59,638 nucleotides of DNA. Origin: a virus. Taxonomy: Duplodnaviria; Caudoviricetes. Position numbers and translations under genes: made by a program. How positions within the stretch are numbered: the first letter of the stretch is position 1; each line of letters starts with the position of its first letter. Below the pieces are notes generated by a model that saw only the letters and a list, made by a program, of their open reading frames with translations, was not told where the DNA came from and did no database searches. The stretch spans positions 1 to 59,638 of IMG/VR virus record IMGVR_UViG_3300044645_001220. The stretch is one strand, 5' to 3'. Below, one piece after another: positions 26,334 through 36,675 of this stretch.

Positions 26334-27278
26334 ATGACTGGATGTGCAGCAGTCGGAAGCCTTGCGGTCATGCTGGTCATGCCGCGAACCAACACCACAG
26401 ATGCAGACCCGACGTTCAACGCTTCGTCGGAAATCTATCCGTTTCTGTACGAGGATGTGAAGGCAGTTCGCAAGCGGGTGTCAAGCAACCTGATTACCGG
26501 ATCAGGCTCCCAGTATTCTTCGAGATCCACCAAGGCAAGCTACGTCCCGCAGGGACCGATCGGCTTGCAGCTTGGACCGGCAGAACTTGACAAGTGGCTA
26601 CCGAGGATTCTCGGAGCAGACGAATCAAGCAACGTCTTTGCCATCTCGGAATCGATCAAGCTGTTTGACATGATGATCTATCGGGACAACGGCGTGTTCT
26701 ACTACCGCAACTGCGTAGTAGCCGCTGCTCTATTCCAGTCGAAGTCGGCGGACGGAGGGGACGAAGAAGAAATCCTCAACACCCAGCTTCGCATCATCGC
26801 ACGCGAAGAGGATCTTACGAAGTCGTGGCCGGGAACAATTCCGACGCACTTTGACGGGGAGGACTACGCTCCATACACCCACGGCCAGCATCGATTCTCA
26901 ATCAATGGGACTGCCTACAACTCGATGGAGACTTCTATCCTCATTGACAACGGAATCCAGGCACGCACGCGAAACAGCCTGACTCCCAACTGCGTGTTCA
27001 AGACTCGCCGCAGGATTCGGGCAATGATTACGGCACCGTTCACAACCGGGGCATGGTCAGCCGCACAGAGCCTCTACGACGCCGCCGACGACGTTCGGCT
27101 GCGATGGGAGACTGGGACAGGCGTTTCGGACGAAGCCCTTCAGTTCGACTTCCCTCTCATGCTCAACACCCAGGAGCCTCCGACGGCCAAGGGCCACGGA
27201 GAAATGCCGCTCCAATTCATGCTCGAAGCACAGGCCAGCGCGTCAGGAAATGAACTCAGCGTAACCAACATTAGCTAG
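26334..27278 (+). CDS. Putative tail tube protein
   Basis: 314 aa, beta-rich, S/I.IDNG and R.I...IT patterns; position. Confidence 0.6.
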   Translation: MTGCAAVGSLAVMLVMPRTNTTDADPTFNASSEIYPFLYEDVKAVRKRVSSNLITGSGSQYSSRSTKASYVPQGPIGLQLGPAELDKWLPRILGADESSNVFAISESIKLFDMMIYRDNGVFYYRNCVVAAALFQSKSADGGDEEEILNTQLRIIAREEDLTKSWPGTIPTHFDGEDYAPYTHGQHRFSINGTAYNSMETSILIDNGIQARTRNSLTPNCVFKTRRRIRAMITAPFTTGAWSAAQSLYDAADDVRLRWETGTGVSDEALQFDFPLMLNTQEPPTAKGHGEMPLQFMLEAQASASGNELSVTNIS

Positions 27279-27282
27279 GATT

Positions 27283-28155
27283 ATGGCAACACCTAAGCGG
27301 AAGATGACACCGGCCCAGGTGAAGAAGGCCGCGAACGAAGCGCTCAAGATTCTATCCAATGACGCCAAGTTCGCGATCGGCCAGAAGCTCACCTCGACCG
27401 AAGCTACGATCCCCAAGATTCCAAAGGCGAAGGTAACGACGCCCGACACAATGGAATCGGATCTTTCGTTTTCTGCCTTCGCCTCTCAGGTCGATCTTTC
27501 CGCAGACAAAGAGCAGTCCAAAAGACTTTCGGAAGCCGTCACCGAAATCACGACCGACCAAGCTACTGACAATTTGTCAGTTAAAATGGGCAAGGAACCA
27601 CAGGCGTCAGGCATGGAGGCCGACGCCACAAGGGACACGACTCCGACGATCTTTTCAAAGCCTCTTGAAGTTCTGAAGCCGTCGGAACTGGAAGGGCAGT
27701 CGCCGCTCCCTGAGACGCCTATCGCGGCGGTCACTGAGGCGGTAGCGACGGCGATGCCACTGGACCTGGAGGAAGATCAGGGCGCCCAGGCCGCGCCGCA
27801 GGACGAGCCGTTTATCATTGGGGAGGAGGAGCCGGTAGACGAGGGGCCGCAAGAACCTTCTGGGCCTCCTCAGCCTGGGGCACCGATTGACATCGGGCCA
27901 ACTCCGTTCTCCATGCTGAACCAGCAAATGGCTGGCGTCAAAGGATCGGCGATCGAGCAGGCGACAGGGGCCGACTTCAACCAGTGGCAGCAGCTTTCTC
28001 AAGAGGGCATGGAGTCTGAAGACCAGAGCGATTCGCTTGAGCAGTTCAACGAGCATTCAGTTGCAATCATCGAGCGACTTGCCGGTCAGGTGGCGAATCT
28101 CACCATGCGACTCCGCCTAGTCGAAGATTTGCTAGACCGTATTGGAGCAGACTGA
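27283..28155 (+). CDS. Low-complexity acidic protein in the tail module
   Basis: 290-aa E/P/A-rich ORF with a helical C-terminus. Confidence 0.7.
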   Translation: MATPKRKMTPAQVKKAANEALKILSNDAKFAIGQKLTSTEATIPKIPKAKVTTPDTMESDLSFSAFASQVDLSADKEQSKRLSEAVTEITTDQATDNLSVKMGKEPQASGMEADATRDTTPTIFSKPLEVLKPSELEGQSPLPETPIAAVTEAVATAMPLDLEEDQGAQAAPQDEPFIIGEEEPVDEGPQEPSGPPQPGAPIDIGPTPFSMLNQQMAGVKGSAIEQATGADFNQWQQLSQEGMESEDQSDSLEQFNEHSVAIIERLAGQVANLTMRLRLVEDLLDRIGAD

Positions 28156-28901
28156 TGTACTTCAAGGTCGGCGCCTATCAGCACGAAGACAACACGGTGA
28201 CGGTCGCAAGTTTCAACTATCGGCCAGTCCGGTCCCCTCGCGGAAGGAGGATGACGACCAGAGTTGAGGTTCATGTTCGCGGAGAACTTCTGGCCAACCC
28301 GACGCTGACCACCAACCTCCAGAAGCAAGACGATCTCAATACGAAAATGCTGGCACTGGAGGCGGCATATTCAACTGACTATCAGGACATCGGATTCTAC
28401 CGAGACGACGGCGACGTTACTTCGATGTTCCTTCAGTCGGCACATTCGACAAGTCTCACAGGAAACGTTCTGACCTACTTGAACTGGGCACCTGGGGACG
28501 ACACTGAGTTCTGCTCGAAGAAGACGTTTCAAGCAGGATTTTACAACGAGTTTGTGTCGTCGTACTCGAACGTGGTTGACTACCAGGACACGATCCAGAG
28601 GATCGGAACAGCGGGGCCGATCAAGCGGTGGAGGGTTTACCCAACACAGTATCCTCAGCCTCGCCTTCTATCGTACTACAGTGTTCAGAAGATCGTTCAC
28701 AGCGGATATGCCGTATCTCTTCTCGGATACCCAACTCCTCCAGCACCTCTTGCGTCTGGATGGAATTACCTAGAAGATTTGACAACCGTAGCCTACACTT
28801 CTCCGAAAAAGTGGGGGCAGGGATATGCTCTCTACCGAACAGCGTGGAAGTATATCTATCAATTCCCGTACAATAACAACCTAGCCCCAGTGATTCTCTG
28901 A
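28155..28901 (+). CDS. Putative tail/distal-tail protein
   Basis: Overlapping stop and start; Y/T-rich beta protein. Confidence 0.55.
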   Translation: MYFKVGAYQHEDNTVTVASFNYRPVRSPRGRRMTTRVEVHVRGELLANPTLTTNLQKQDDLNTKMLALEAAYSTDYQDIGFYRDDGDVTSMFLQSAHSTSLTGNVLTYLNWAPGDDTEFCSKKTFQAGFYNEFVSSYSNVVDYQDTIQRIGTAGPIKRWRVYPTQYPQPRLLSYYSVQKIVHSGYAVSLLGYPTPPAPLASGWNYLEDLTTVAYTSPKKWGQGYALYRTAWKYIYQFPYNNNLAPVIL

Positions 28902-30184
28902 TGCCGACGCAATTCAGTATCAATGGGTATCCATGTACCTCGCCGGATCTACTGCACGCCCCTCGCAGCGAATCGATCTACGCACTGAACTGGTGGAACA
29001 AGGTCAACAGCATCGAGCATTTTCGTGGACGAAGGGCGGCGACAGCACACCTCCTGGTAGACAAACAGTACGTCGAACAGCTTCCAGCCGCACCAACGAC
29101 AGTGACAATCTCGGTCGCCCAAGACGGGGCACCGACGTTCTCAAGTGCAGGGTGGACGATCACCAAAATTGAAGCGATCGAAGAGGCACAAGCGAATCCT
29201 GACCCAGCACGCACCTACTACGTTCAGTGCAAAGACCCAAGGCATGTTGGCGAGAATGCGTTCGTCGATAACTCTTGGCTCTTGAACGATAAGATGTTTG
29301 CCTATGACGTTAGCGCAGGACTTACTTGGCAGCAACTACTCAACGCACTATGGTTGCTCCTCCCAGCGACAGCGAAAGCAAACTCAACGACATGCCCTAC
29401 GCTCGCAAGGACTCCGGTAAGCGTTCCCGAAAATCTGAACTTCGACGGAGTGAGCGTCTGGCAATCGATCTGCCAAGCCCTTGAAGCCTGCGGTCATTTC
29501 CCAGTCTACGATCTTGCAACGGGGCTGTACCGATTCGCTTCGCACAACGGCACGCAGACTGGACTGAGCGCACTACTCTCAAGCTACGAGCCTCTTATCA
29601 AGTGGACGGCAGACGTTCCGTACAACGGACGCAACGCACCAGAAAAGGTGAGCGTCGTATTCCCTCCGGTTCTGCACACGAAGATTACTTGGGCCTCCTA
29701 CGCACAGCCAGAGGCGATAGAGTTCAGCAGCGGGGCATCGGGAGCCATTCCCGGCACGAAGGTCAGCATTGTCGATACGACGTACACGGTCCTCCTTGAC
29801 GGCCAAGTCTACAACACCACGCAAATCAACAACCGAGCCACCGATCTTTCGTACTCGATCTACGGCAAGGCGACCGCCAATTCCCTTCCTGGACTATCAG
29901 CCTACTCCCAACTTCTGTTTGATCTTGTTCCTGGAGAACAGTTGTCACGAGTCTACTACCACGACTCAAAGAAGAAGGGCGACTACACAGTCATCGAACT
30001 GTTTGAACCATTCGAGTTCGATCTACCCAAGCCGATCCAAAGAGCGTATTCGGTGATGGAAGTTGTCCTGGTGACATCAAGCGCACCAGGACCAGATGGA
30101 CTCTACGACGGAATCGTCCAGCGATTCGAGAACGGATCTTGGCGTGACCTATACGTCTGCAAGGTCAAGGACTTATCGACATGA
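28901..30184 (+). CDS. Putative baseplate hub/tail protein
   Basis: 427 aa; TWQQLL..LW and FDGVS....I patterns. Confidence 0.55.
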   Translation: MPTQFSINGYPCTSPDLLHAPRSESIYALNWWNKVNSIEHFRGRRAATAHLLVDKQYVEQLPAAPTTVTISVAQDGAPTFSSAGWTITKIEAIEEAQANPDPARTYYVQCKDPRHVGENAFVDNSWLLNDKMFAYDVSAGLTWQQLLNALWLLLPATAKANSTTCPTLARTPVSVPENLNFDGVSVWQSICQALEACGHFPVYDLATGLYRFASHNGTQTGLSALLSSYEPLIKWTADVPYNGRNAPEKVSVVFPPVLHTKITWASYAQPEAIEFSSGASGAIPGTKVSIVDTTYTVLLDGQVYNTTQINNRATDLSYSIYGKATANSLPGLSAYSQLLFDLVPGEQLSRVYYHDSKKKGDYTVIELFEPFEFDLPKPIQRAYSVMEVVLVTSSAPGPDGLYDGIVQRFENGSWRDLYVCKVKDLST

Positions 30185-30867
30185 GTTCTGACAGCAGTTC
30201 ATCTTCATCTGGGATATGCTCAATCACTCGCAGGCGGTACAAGGCTGTTCACCTTGGCAACACCGTTTTCGGTACTCGCTGCGGCGATAAGAAGGCGTCG
30301 AGGCGTGTGATGGTTTACGCAGGTCCATCGTCGGACGGATCGCCCCTGTTCATCGTCAACGAATGCGAGACGTTTACTCCGGGACTGAGATACCCAGGCA
30401 CTTACCTTGGGGCCACAGCATCGTTCGTCCCAGTCTTTGAAGTCACTTGCTGCACTTGCAAGACACCTCCTCCACCACCATCAGAGTCGAGTTCGTCAAG
30501 CTCCAGTTCCTCAATCCCGTCAAGCTCCAGTTCTTCTAGCTCCTCCAGTTCTAGCCCAAGCTCCAGTTCTTCAAGCCCGTCAAGCTCTAGCAGCCCACCA
30601 CCGTCCGAGTCGTCTAGCTCCCTGCCGCCTCCTGGAAAGTCATCATCTAGTTCCTCAAGTTCCTCATCGTCCAGCAGTAGCGGCGGAGGCGGCGAGCCTC
30701 CTGTTTGCGGGACATGCACCTTGACATGGAACGGATCTGGATGGACAAACACTAGCGACGATTGCACAGCACCATTCCCAGGTGGGCCTAAATGTGCTTG
30801 CAATGCCCCTCAGTTCAACGGTGATTTCCCTGGTCAAACTGTCGTTACGAATTGCGGTGCAATATGA
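30181..30867 (+). CDS. Poly-Ser/Pro, Cys-rich protein (fibre- or mucin-like)
   Basis: About 70-residue Ser/Pro tract with mixed Ser codons between Cys-rich domains. Confidence 0.8.
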   Translation: MSSDSSSSSSGICSITRRRYKAVHLGNTVFGTRCGDKKASRRVMVYAGPSSDGSPLFIVNECETFTPGLRYPGTYLGATASFVPVFEVTCCTCKTPPPPPSESSSSSSSSSIPSSSSSSSSSSSSPSSSSSSPSSSSSPPPSESSSSLPPPGKSSSSSSSSSSSSSSGGGGEPPVCGTCTLTWNGSGWTNTSDDCTAPFPGGPKCACNAPQFNGDFPGQTVVTNCGAI

Positions 30868-31376
30868 ACTGCGCTTTTCGTGAAGTTGAAAGAGACGGCT
30901 CTTATTCGTGCCGAGTGGCAAGCTCTCTGGCGAGGATTGCAGACGGAGAGAAGAGGGCGGCAGTCACCAGCGACGCTTGTGTGTTTTGCCACGCCCAGGC
31001 CGAGGCAATGGCACCGAACCATGTCACCTACTCCATTGCGATCTATCACCTCAAGAACGAAGGCAAGCTCGACATCAACGGCCAGCACGCCTACCTTCGC
31101 GATGGGGCAGTCGGAAAAGTTCCGAAGTCCGGGCCGGGAACATCCCTGTCGAAGTTCTTTTCGTGGCTCGATACCGAAGGCTGCGACTGCAAGGCCCATC
31201 AGCAGATGATGGATCTTTGGGGTCCGGCATTGTGCCGGGAACGCATTGACGAAATCTTGTCGTGGCTGCGAACGGAAGCGGCTCGAAAAGGAATCCCGTT
31301 CATCGAAACTGCGGCTCGCGGACTGGTAATGACCGCGATCATGCTGCACGAAAGGAGAGGCAGTGAAACCGTTTGA
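30864..31376 (+). CDS. Cys-rich hypothetical protein
   Basis: GPGT.L....CDC....MD.WG...C...I.EI..WL..EA motif. Confidence 0.7.
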   Translation: MNCAFREVERDGSYSCRVASSLARIADGEKRAAVTSDACVFCHAQAEAMAPNHVTYSIAIYHLKNEGKLDINGQHAYLRDGAVGKVPKSGPGTSLSKFFSWLDTEGCDCKAHQQMMDLWGPALCRERIDEILSWLRTEAARKGIPFIETAARGLVMTAIMLHERRGSETV

Positions 31377-32379
31377 CGCAACATTCGTCATCAATCTTCA
31401 ATTCAAAAACGATCGACTTGAAAAGTTCCGTGAGGCTTACCCGGAATCATTTCTTGGAGAACTTCAAGTCTGGAGAGCGGTGCATGGCGACACTGTTCAG
31501 CACCCCTCCTGGTGGACTGCCGGTCGCGGCGCGTGGGGTTGTTATCGGTCCCACATGCAGATTCTTGAACACGCATGGAACATGGGATACGACTCCTATC
31601 TAGTATTCGAGGACGACGCAATCTTTGCGGAAGACTTCTCAGAATCCTTGGCGACCATGATGCAGACTCTCCCTGAAGACTGGGAGCAGCTTTATCTCGG
31701 AGGCCAGCTTCTCTACGAGGCAGAGCATCCCCCGAATCGCGTCAGCCAACACTGGCTCATGCCTTACAACGTCAATCGAACTCACTGCTTTGCCGTCCAC
31801 CGAAGAGGCTACCCCAAACTGTACGAGCATCTGTTTGCGGTCCCGTTCCACGAAGGGGAGCATATCGATCATCACCTTGGGAGGCTGCACGAACGCCACG
31901 GAATCAACGTGTACGTTCCGAATCGCTGGCTAGTAGGTCAGGATGCAGGCAGATCGAACATCAGCGGAAAGGAGAATCCTGCGAACTGGTGGCATGACCC
32001 AGAGAAGTTCAGTCGGGATCATAGGTTGTTCAGCAGGCCGGAGGGGATTTTCCTTCGGGCACCTCTCGAAGTTGCGGCAGACCTTCAGAAACTTGGATGG
32101 CACCAAGGGAACTGGAAGACAGAAGAAGGGCTTGATCGTGGAGTTTGCCAAGCAATAGGATCGTCCAAGCCAGTTGAGAACATCAAGCGCTGGTACGAGT
32201 GGGTTCAGCGTGAAGTCGTTCGGGACGGAATGATCTTGCCATGTCTGTACCACCCATCCATCACCGACGAGTTGCTTGAGCAGTTCACCTTCGCACGTTG
32301 GCACAAGGTAACAGCGTCCACATCAGAAGATGCCATCCGTCAACTGGAAGGAGTAAGGGCCAATGTACTTCAGCCATAG
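31363..32379 (+). CDS. Glycosyltransferase family 25
   Basis: FVINL, AVHG, GCYRSH, LVFEDDA, QLYLGG, THCFAV. Confidence 0.88.
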   Translation: MKPFDATFVINLQFKNDRLEKFREAYPESFLGELQVWRAVHGDTVQHPSWWTAGRGAWGCYRSHMQILEHAWNMGYDSYLVFEDDAIFAEDFSESLATMMQTLPEDWEQLYLGGQLLYEAEHPPNRVSQHWLMPYNVNRTHCFAVHRRGYPKLYEHLFAVPFHEGEHIDHHLGRLHERHGINVYVPNRWLVGQDAGRSNISGKENPANWWHDPEKFSRDHRLFSRPEGIFLRAPLEVAADLQKLGWHQGNWKTEEGLDRGVCQAIGSSKPVENIKRWYEWVQREVVRDGMILPCLYHPSITDELLEQFTFARWHKVTASTSEDAIRQLEGVRANVLQP

Positions 32380-33064
32380 CGGCGACTTGGGCGACATCAT
32401 CTATGCCCTGCCAACAATTCGGGCTTGCGGCGGCGGGGAGCTATGGTTGTTCAACTACCCAGGAAGAACGACACATCAAATGACCAAGGAGCGAGCGGAA
32501 AGGCTTCGCAGACTAATTGAACACCAGGACTACATCACCACCTTTGGGTTCACCGAGCAGCCGACCGACACAAGCATCAACGGATTTCGGGACCATAAGA
32601 GGCAGGGGAACACAAGCGACAAGCATCTATCCACGATGGGCCTGGACTGGCGACACAGAACGACCGCTTGGCTGAATGTTCCAGAAGCCATCAAGACTCA
32701 CAGAGTAGTCATCAACAGGACACCTAGATACCAGAGCCAGTGGTTTGACTGGGGTGCGGTTTGCGACAAGTATCAGGGAAACATTGGGTTTATCGGACTG
32801 TACGACGAGTGGATCGACTTCTGTAATACGTTCAAGAAAAGCATCCCAAGGATTCCTGCAAACGATCTTATGGAAGTCGCCCAGGCCATAGCTGGATGCG
32901 ACATCTACCTTGGCAATGCAACATGCTCGACAGCGATTGCCGAAGGACTCAAGCATCCCAAGATGATCGTCGAAGTCACAGAGCAGACAGACAGCGACGT
33001 TCGATTCAATCGATACGGAGTATCCTACGTCCAAGATGGAAAGATCGAGCTACCCGAACTATGA
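32363..33064 (+). CDS. GT9/heptosyltransferase-like glycosyltransferase
   Basis: HSGDLGDII and L.E.A..IAGCD.YLGN....AIA motifs. Confidence 0.7.
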   Translation: MYFSHSGDLGDIIYALPTIRACGGGELWLFNYPGRTTHQMTKERAERLRRLIEHQDYITTFGFTEQPTDTSINGFRDHKRQGNTSDKHLSTMGLDWRHRTTAWLNVPEAIKTHRVVINRTPRYQSQWFDWGAVCDKYQGNIGFIGLYDEWIDFCNTFKKSIPRIPANDLMEVAQAIAGCDIYLGNATCSTAIAEGLKHPKMIVEVTEQTDSDVRFNRYGVSYVQDGKIELPEL

Positions 33065-33636
33065 GAACAGTCGTCATCCAAAATGCCACCGGCATCTACA
33101 AGTCTATGCTGTATCTCACGGCAGGGCATCACTACGAACTATGCCGTCGTTATGACTACTCTTATCAGGTTTCGCACACGATCAGGACGGACAGGCACCC
33201 AGTATGGGAGAGGGTGTATCTGATTCGCGATGCACTTCGCCAGGGATATGAAAGAATCGTCTGGATTGACGCAGACGCCCTTTGGCTTCACGGCACGCTG
33301 GACACTCAGCAACAAGCCGCATTCGGTATGGTGTGGCATCACAACCCCATCTACGACCACTACAATGCAGGAGTCATGCACATCCTCAATAGGGATGGAC
33401 TGGCATCATTCGTTGACGACTGGGAAAACTCCAGGGACGATGGGCACCAGTGGAAAGAACAGCACTGCCTCAATCTCATGCTCAAGGACAGGCCGTTCAT
33501 GGCCGAGAGGCTTGGCTACGAATGGAACAGCCTTGACCATGACCCGGAACACCGATCTGATTCACCACGAATTGTCGCGTGGCATGGCAGGCCAGAGCTA
33601 GCCTGCGAAGGAATAATCAAGTGGCTTGCTAGATAG
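33061..33636 (+). CDS. Nucleotide-diphospho-sugar transferase (GT34/MNN10-like)
   Basis: WIDADA (DxD), NAGV, W.EQ..LN, EWN, WHG. Confidence 0.8.
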   Translation: MRTVVIQNATGIYKSMLYLTAGHHYELCRRYDYSYQVSHTIRTDRHPVWERVYLIRDALRQGYERIVWIDADALWLHGTLDTQQQAAFGMVWHHNPIYDHYNAGVMHILNRDGLASFVDDWENSRDDGHQWKEQHCLNLMLKDRPFMAERLGYEWNSLDHDPEHRSDSPRIVAWHGRPELACEGIIKWLAR

Positions 33637-33756
33637 CCACCCATTTATACTACTTTTTGCCTCTTTGCGATTTTCATGCACCACCACAGAAAAATCCGAT
33701 ATGATTCACCATTGATCGGGTTCTGGCAGTTGGCGAAGCTGATGGGGTAAATCATC

Positions 33757-34125
33757 ATGGCGAATGAAGTGACGATCGACTTCGGGCTACGTTTCGAGCG
33801 GTCGGGCATCGCCATCCAGATTCCCAACAAGCAATTCCTGATCGACAGCGGATCGACGCTGTATGCTGGAGGATCTCAGAACATCGGGACCACAGCAGAG
33901 GCAGTCGTTCTTTCCGCCCTAACCAACGGCGGGGCAACCTACCTTTTCAATCCAGATACGACGAACAGCGTTCAGATCGGTGTAGACGTTTCCGGGACTT
34001 TCTACCCGCTATTCACTCTGCCACCAGGGGAGATAGCGTTCCTGCCAAGGCTACAGACCCTCGACGTTTACGCGAAGGCCAGTGCCTCGACCGTCAACCT
34101 CACGTTCCTCGTATTCCAACAGTAG
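33757..34125 (+). CDS. Hypothetical virion protein
   Basis: 122 aa; N.D.TN.V.IG and L.PGE.A motifs. Confidence 0.7.
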   Translation: MANEVTIDFGLRFERSGIAIQIPNKQFLIDSGSTLYAGGSQNIGTTAEAVVLSALTNGGATYLFNPDTTNSVQIGVDVSGTFYPLFTLPPGEIAFLPRLQTLDVYAKASASTVNLTFLVFQQ

Positions 34126-34132
34126 GTGCATC

Positions 34133-36631
34133 ATGCCAGTGGACGGAACCCCATACGCCACCCAAAACGCAAATCAGCAGGGACAGCAGAAGCGACGGGC
34201 AGCGGCCAACGTGCCAGCACCTCCAGCGCCGGTCCAGCCAGCACCGTACCAGACTCCGACTTACGGCGACGTTCTCAAGGATGCAAGGGCCGGGGTCCAG
34301 GATCCAGGATCGCAGTACGGATTGGACCGCATGACAGGCCAGCCGTTCTCCGTTGGAAGGATGCAGCAACAGGGAATCCAAGACGCCAATCAGATCGTCG
34401 ATCGATCTATCTATCGACGGGCAATGACCGATCCTCGATCGCTGTACCCAGACAATCGCACCGGGATTGCACCGATCAACCTGATGGCAGAAAACGATCG
34501 AAGACTGGATCTTGATGCAGCGCGTCAAGCAATGGCCGAATCTGGAGCAGCAAGGCGGGAGCGTCTAACTGCCGACGCAATACGGCAGGGAGAAGAAATC
34601 GGAAACTACAACCAGATCCTTCGCGGCAACATGGCGCTTGACAGAGCGTACTACATGAACAAGTACGGAACTCCAAGATCGCCAGGACAGATGAACGCAT
34701 GGGCAGAACGGGCAGACGCTCGACAGAGAATGCTAGATCGCAAGGCCGCTTTCGAGCGAGCTAAGTATGGCAGGATCGCCCTTGACCGTTACGGAATCCT
34801 CCCGGACATGGCGACGGCAAACCTCTACGCCATGACGAACCAGCCCGTCGAAACCATGACGGCAATGGGGGCACTGAACGCAGCCGAAGCAGCTTCAGAA
34901 CAGGCCAAGGCCCAGATGGAATACCAGAAGGGACTCTTTGAACAGCAGGCCAGGCAGGCCGATATGGAGTCTTTGAAGACGATCATCACCACCCCAGGTA
35001 TTGATCAAGGGACACGGAGGAGAGCAGAAAAAAGGCTGTTTGAACTTTCGTCAGGATTGACGGGGCAGGGAGCTACGCAAGCTGGACCCCCAGGACAAGC
35101 AGGCCCATCGGAAGCGGTCAAGGCCCTGACTCCGATGCAAGCAGCCAACATGAATCCACAGGAACGTCAGGACGTAATCGATACTGCCAGATACGACGAA
35201 GGACTCAAGCAATACTTTCCCGACATGAAAGACCCTCAATCCATTGCCTGGACAATGGGAGAGAAACTTAGGTACGGGGTCGTTCCGCCTGAAGATGTTC
35301 TTCAGAAGCTATCCAATTACGTTTCTGCGATGGGTGCAGTGGACACGACGTTTAGGGCTGGAAGCCAGCGAAAACTTCTTACGCTTTTTGGATTGACTGG
35401 AGGCGACTGGAGGGTTTACGACGACATCATCAACGCACCTCCTGGAAAGAAGCGAGAAGCAGCAATACGAACTCTGAGAGACGTTTACGGATCTGGTTCC
35501 GTTGCATTGCTACCACAGGAAGACCAGCAAATTCTTGCGGGAATCCAGGCACCACCAGCGGCACCGCCTCAAGCGTCACCGGCAACCCCTGCGCCTGCCG
35601 CTCCACCACGGCCTGCATCGCCACAGGCACCAACGGCACCACAAGCAACCGCACCACCGGCGGCACCACAGCGACCGATGACGCCAGACGAAGACGCTGA
35701 AGCACGAATGGCCGATCAGCAGCAACAGGGCGAAGTCGATGATATTGAGCCTGGAGTTCGGACTGCACCAAAGACTCCGCTTCAGCAAGCAAGGGAAGCA
35801 ACTCAAGCCAGTCTCCCGCAGCGACCGGCAGAACCACAGCGACAGCCCCAGCCAAACGTCGCAGTTCCATTTTTCGCTGGACCTTCTATGATGCCACCGC
35901 AAGGGCCTGCCCCTCCGTCAGTTGTTCAGCAAGTGCGTGAGGCTATCGGATTGTCTGGGCCTCCGGCAAATGTTCCAGTCAGAGCGCCGGACAGATATGC
36001 GACAAACTCGCCGGAGCTTTCGCCGATGAACATCACTTCTCCGCAGGTGAACGCTCCTGAAGCTGGGCTTCCTCCTGCCCCTCAGAGGACAGTATCGCCT
36101 GACTTTGGCGTTCCACCTGGGCCAGTCCGAACCGTCGGATCGGTAGCGGCACCAAGCGAAGGCGCTCCACCAAATCCCGCCATTCCCGTCGCATCTCCGC
36201 AGGCTGGTATTGCCCCCGTTCCTCAATCGGCAACCCCGCAAGCATTCGCAAATCTTTCACCAGAAAACATGCTGATGCTACAACAGGCCGTCGAACGACA
36301 GCTTGCAGCACAGCGGCAACTAGAGGCAATGAGGCTTCGGGAAATGCTGAAGTCTATGACGCCGGAGCAGGCCGCAAGGCAGATGGAATACATGCCAAGA
36401 GGCATGGCAATGCCAGGACAGGTTCCAATGGCACCAGAACAGTTCAACGCACCGATTACCCCGACTCCATCGCCGACGATGCTTCAGAATCTTCTGAGAG
36501 CAGAACAACCGTGGATCAGCACCGAGCCTATGACCAGAACGATTCCACGAGCAATGGGACGAGCATACGGAAATCTGCAACAAGGCATGAGAAGCCTGGA
36601 CGAGAGAATCAACAGATTCCTTATGCCTTGA
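34133..36631 (+). CDS. Large Pro/Gln/Ala-rich protein, putative internal virion (ejection) protein
   Basis: 832 aa, helical then low-complexity; late-gene position. Confidence 0.6.
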   Translation: MPVDGTPYATQNANQQGQQKRRAAANVPAPPAPVQPAPYQTPTYGDVLKDARAGVQDPGSQYGLDRMTGQPFSVGRMQQQGIQDANQIVDRSIYRRAMTDPRSLYPDNRTGIAPINLMAENDRRLDLDAARQAMAESGAARRERLTADAIRQGEEIGNYNQILRGNMALDRAYYMNKYGTPRSPGQMNAWAERADARQRMLDRKAAFERAKYGRIALDRYGILPDMATANLYAMTNQPVETMTAMGALNAAEAASEQAKAQMEYQKGLFEQQARQADMESLKTIITTPGIDQGTRRRAEKRLFELSSGLTGQGATQAGPPGQAGPSEAVKALTPMQAANMNPQERQDVIDTARYDEGLKQYFPDMKDPQSIAWTMGEKLRYGVVPPEDVLQKLSNYVSAMGAVDTTFRAGSQRKLLTLFGLTGGDWRVYDDIINAPPGKKREAAIRTLRDVYGSGSVALLPQEDQQILAGIQAPPAAPPQASPATPAPAAPPRPASPQAPTAPQATAPPAAPQRPMTPDEDAEARMADQQQQGEVDDIEPGVRTAPKTPLQQAREATQASLPQRPAEPQRQPQPNVAVPFFAGPSMMPPQGPAPPSVVQQVREAIGLSGPPANVPVRAPDRYATNSPELSPMNITSPQVNAPEAGLPPAPQRTVSPDFGVPPGPVRTVGSVAAPSEGAPPNPAIPVASPQAGIAPVPQSATPQAFANLSPENMLMLQQAVERQLAAQRQLEAMRLREMLKSMTPEQAARQMEYMPRGMAMPGQVPMAPEQFNAPITPTPSPTMLQNLLRAEQPWISTEPMTRTIPRAMGRAYGNLQQGMRSLDERINRFLMP

Positions 36632-36675
36632 TATTCCATCATCTGATGCGATCAAAACTCAACGGAGTTTCGTAA

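Noticed and set aside
30402-30803. Minus-strand ELELD-repeat ORF and other long antisense ORFs over structural genes
   Set aside because: Shadow frames of plus-strand genes, with no RBS or independent motifs
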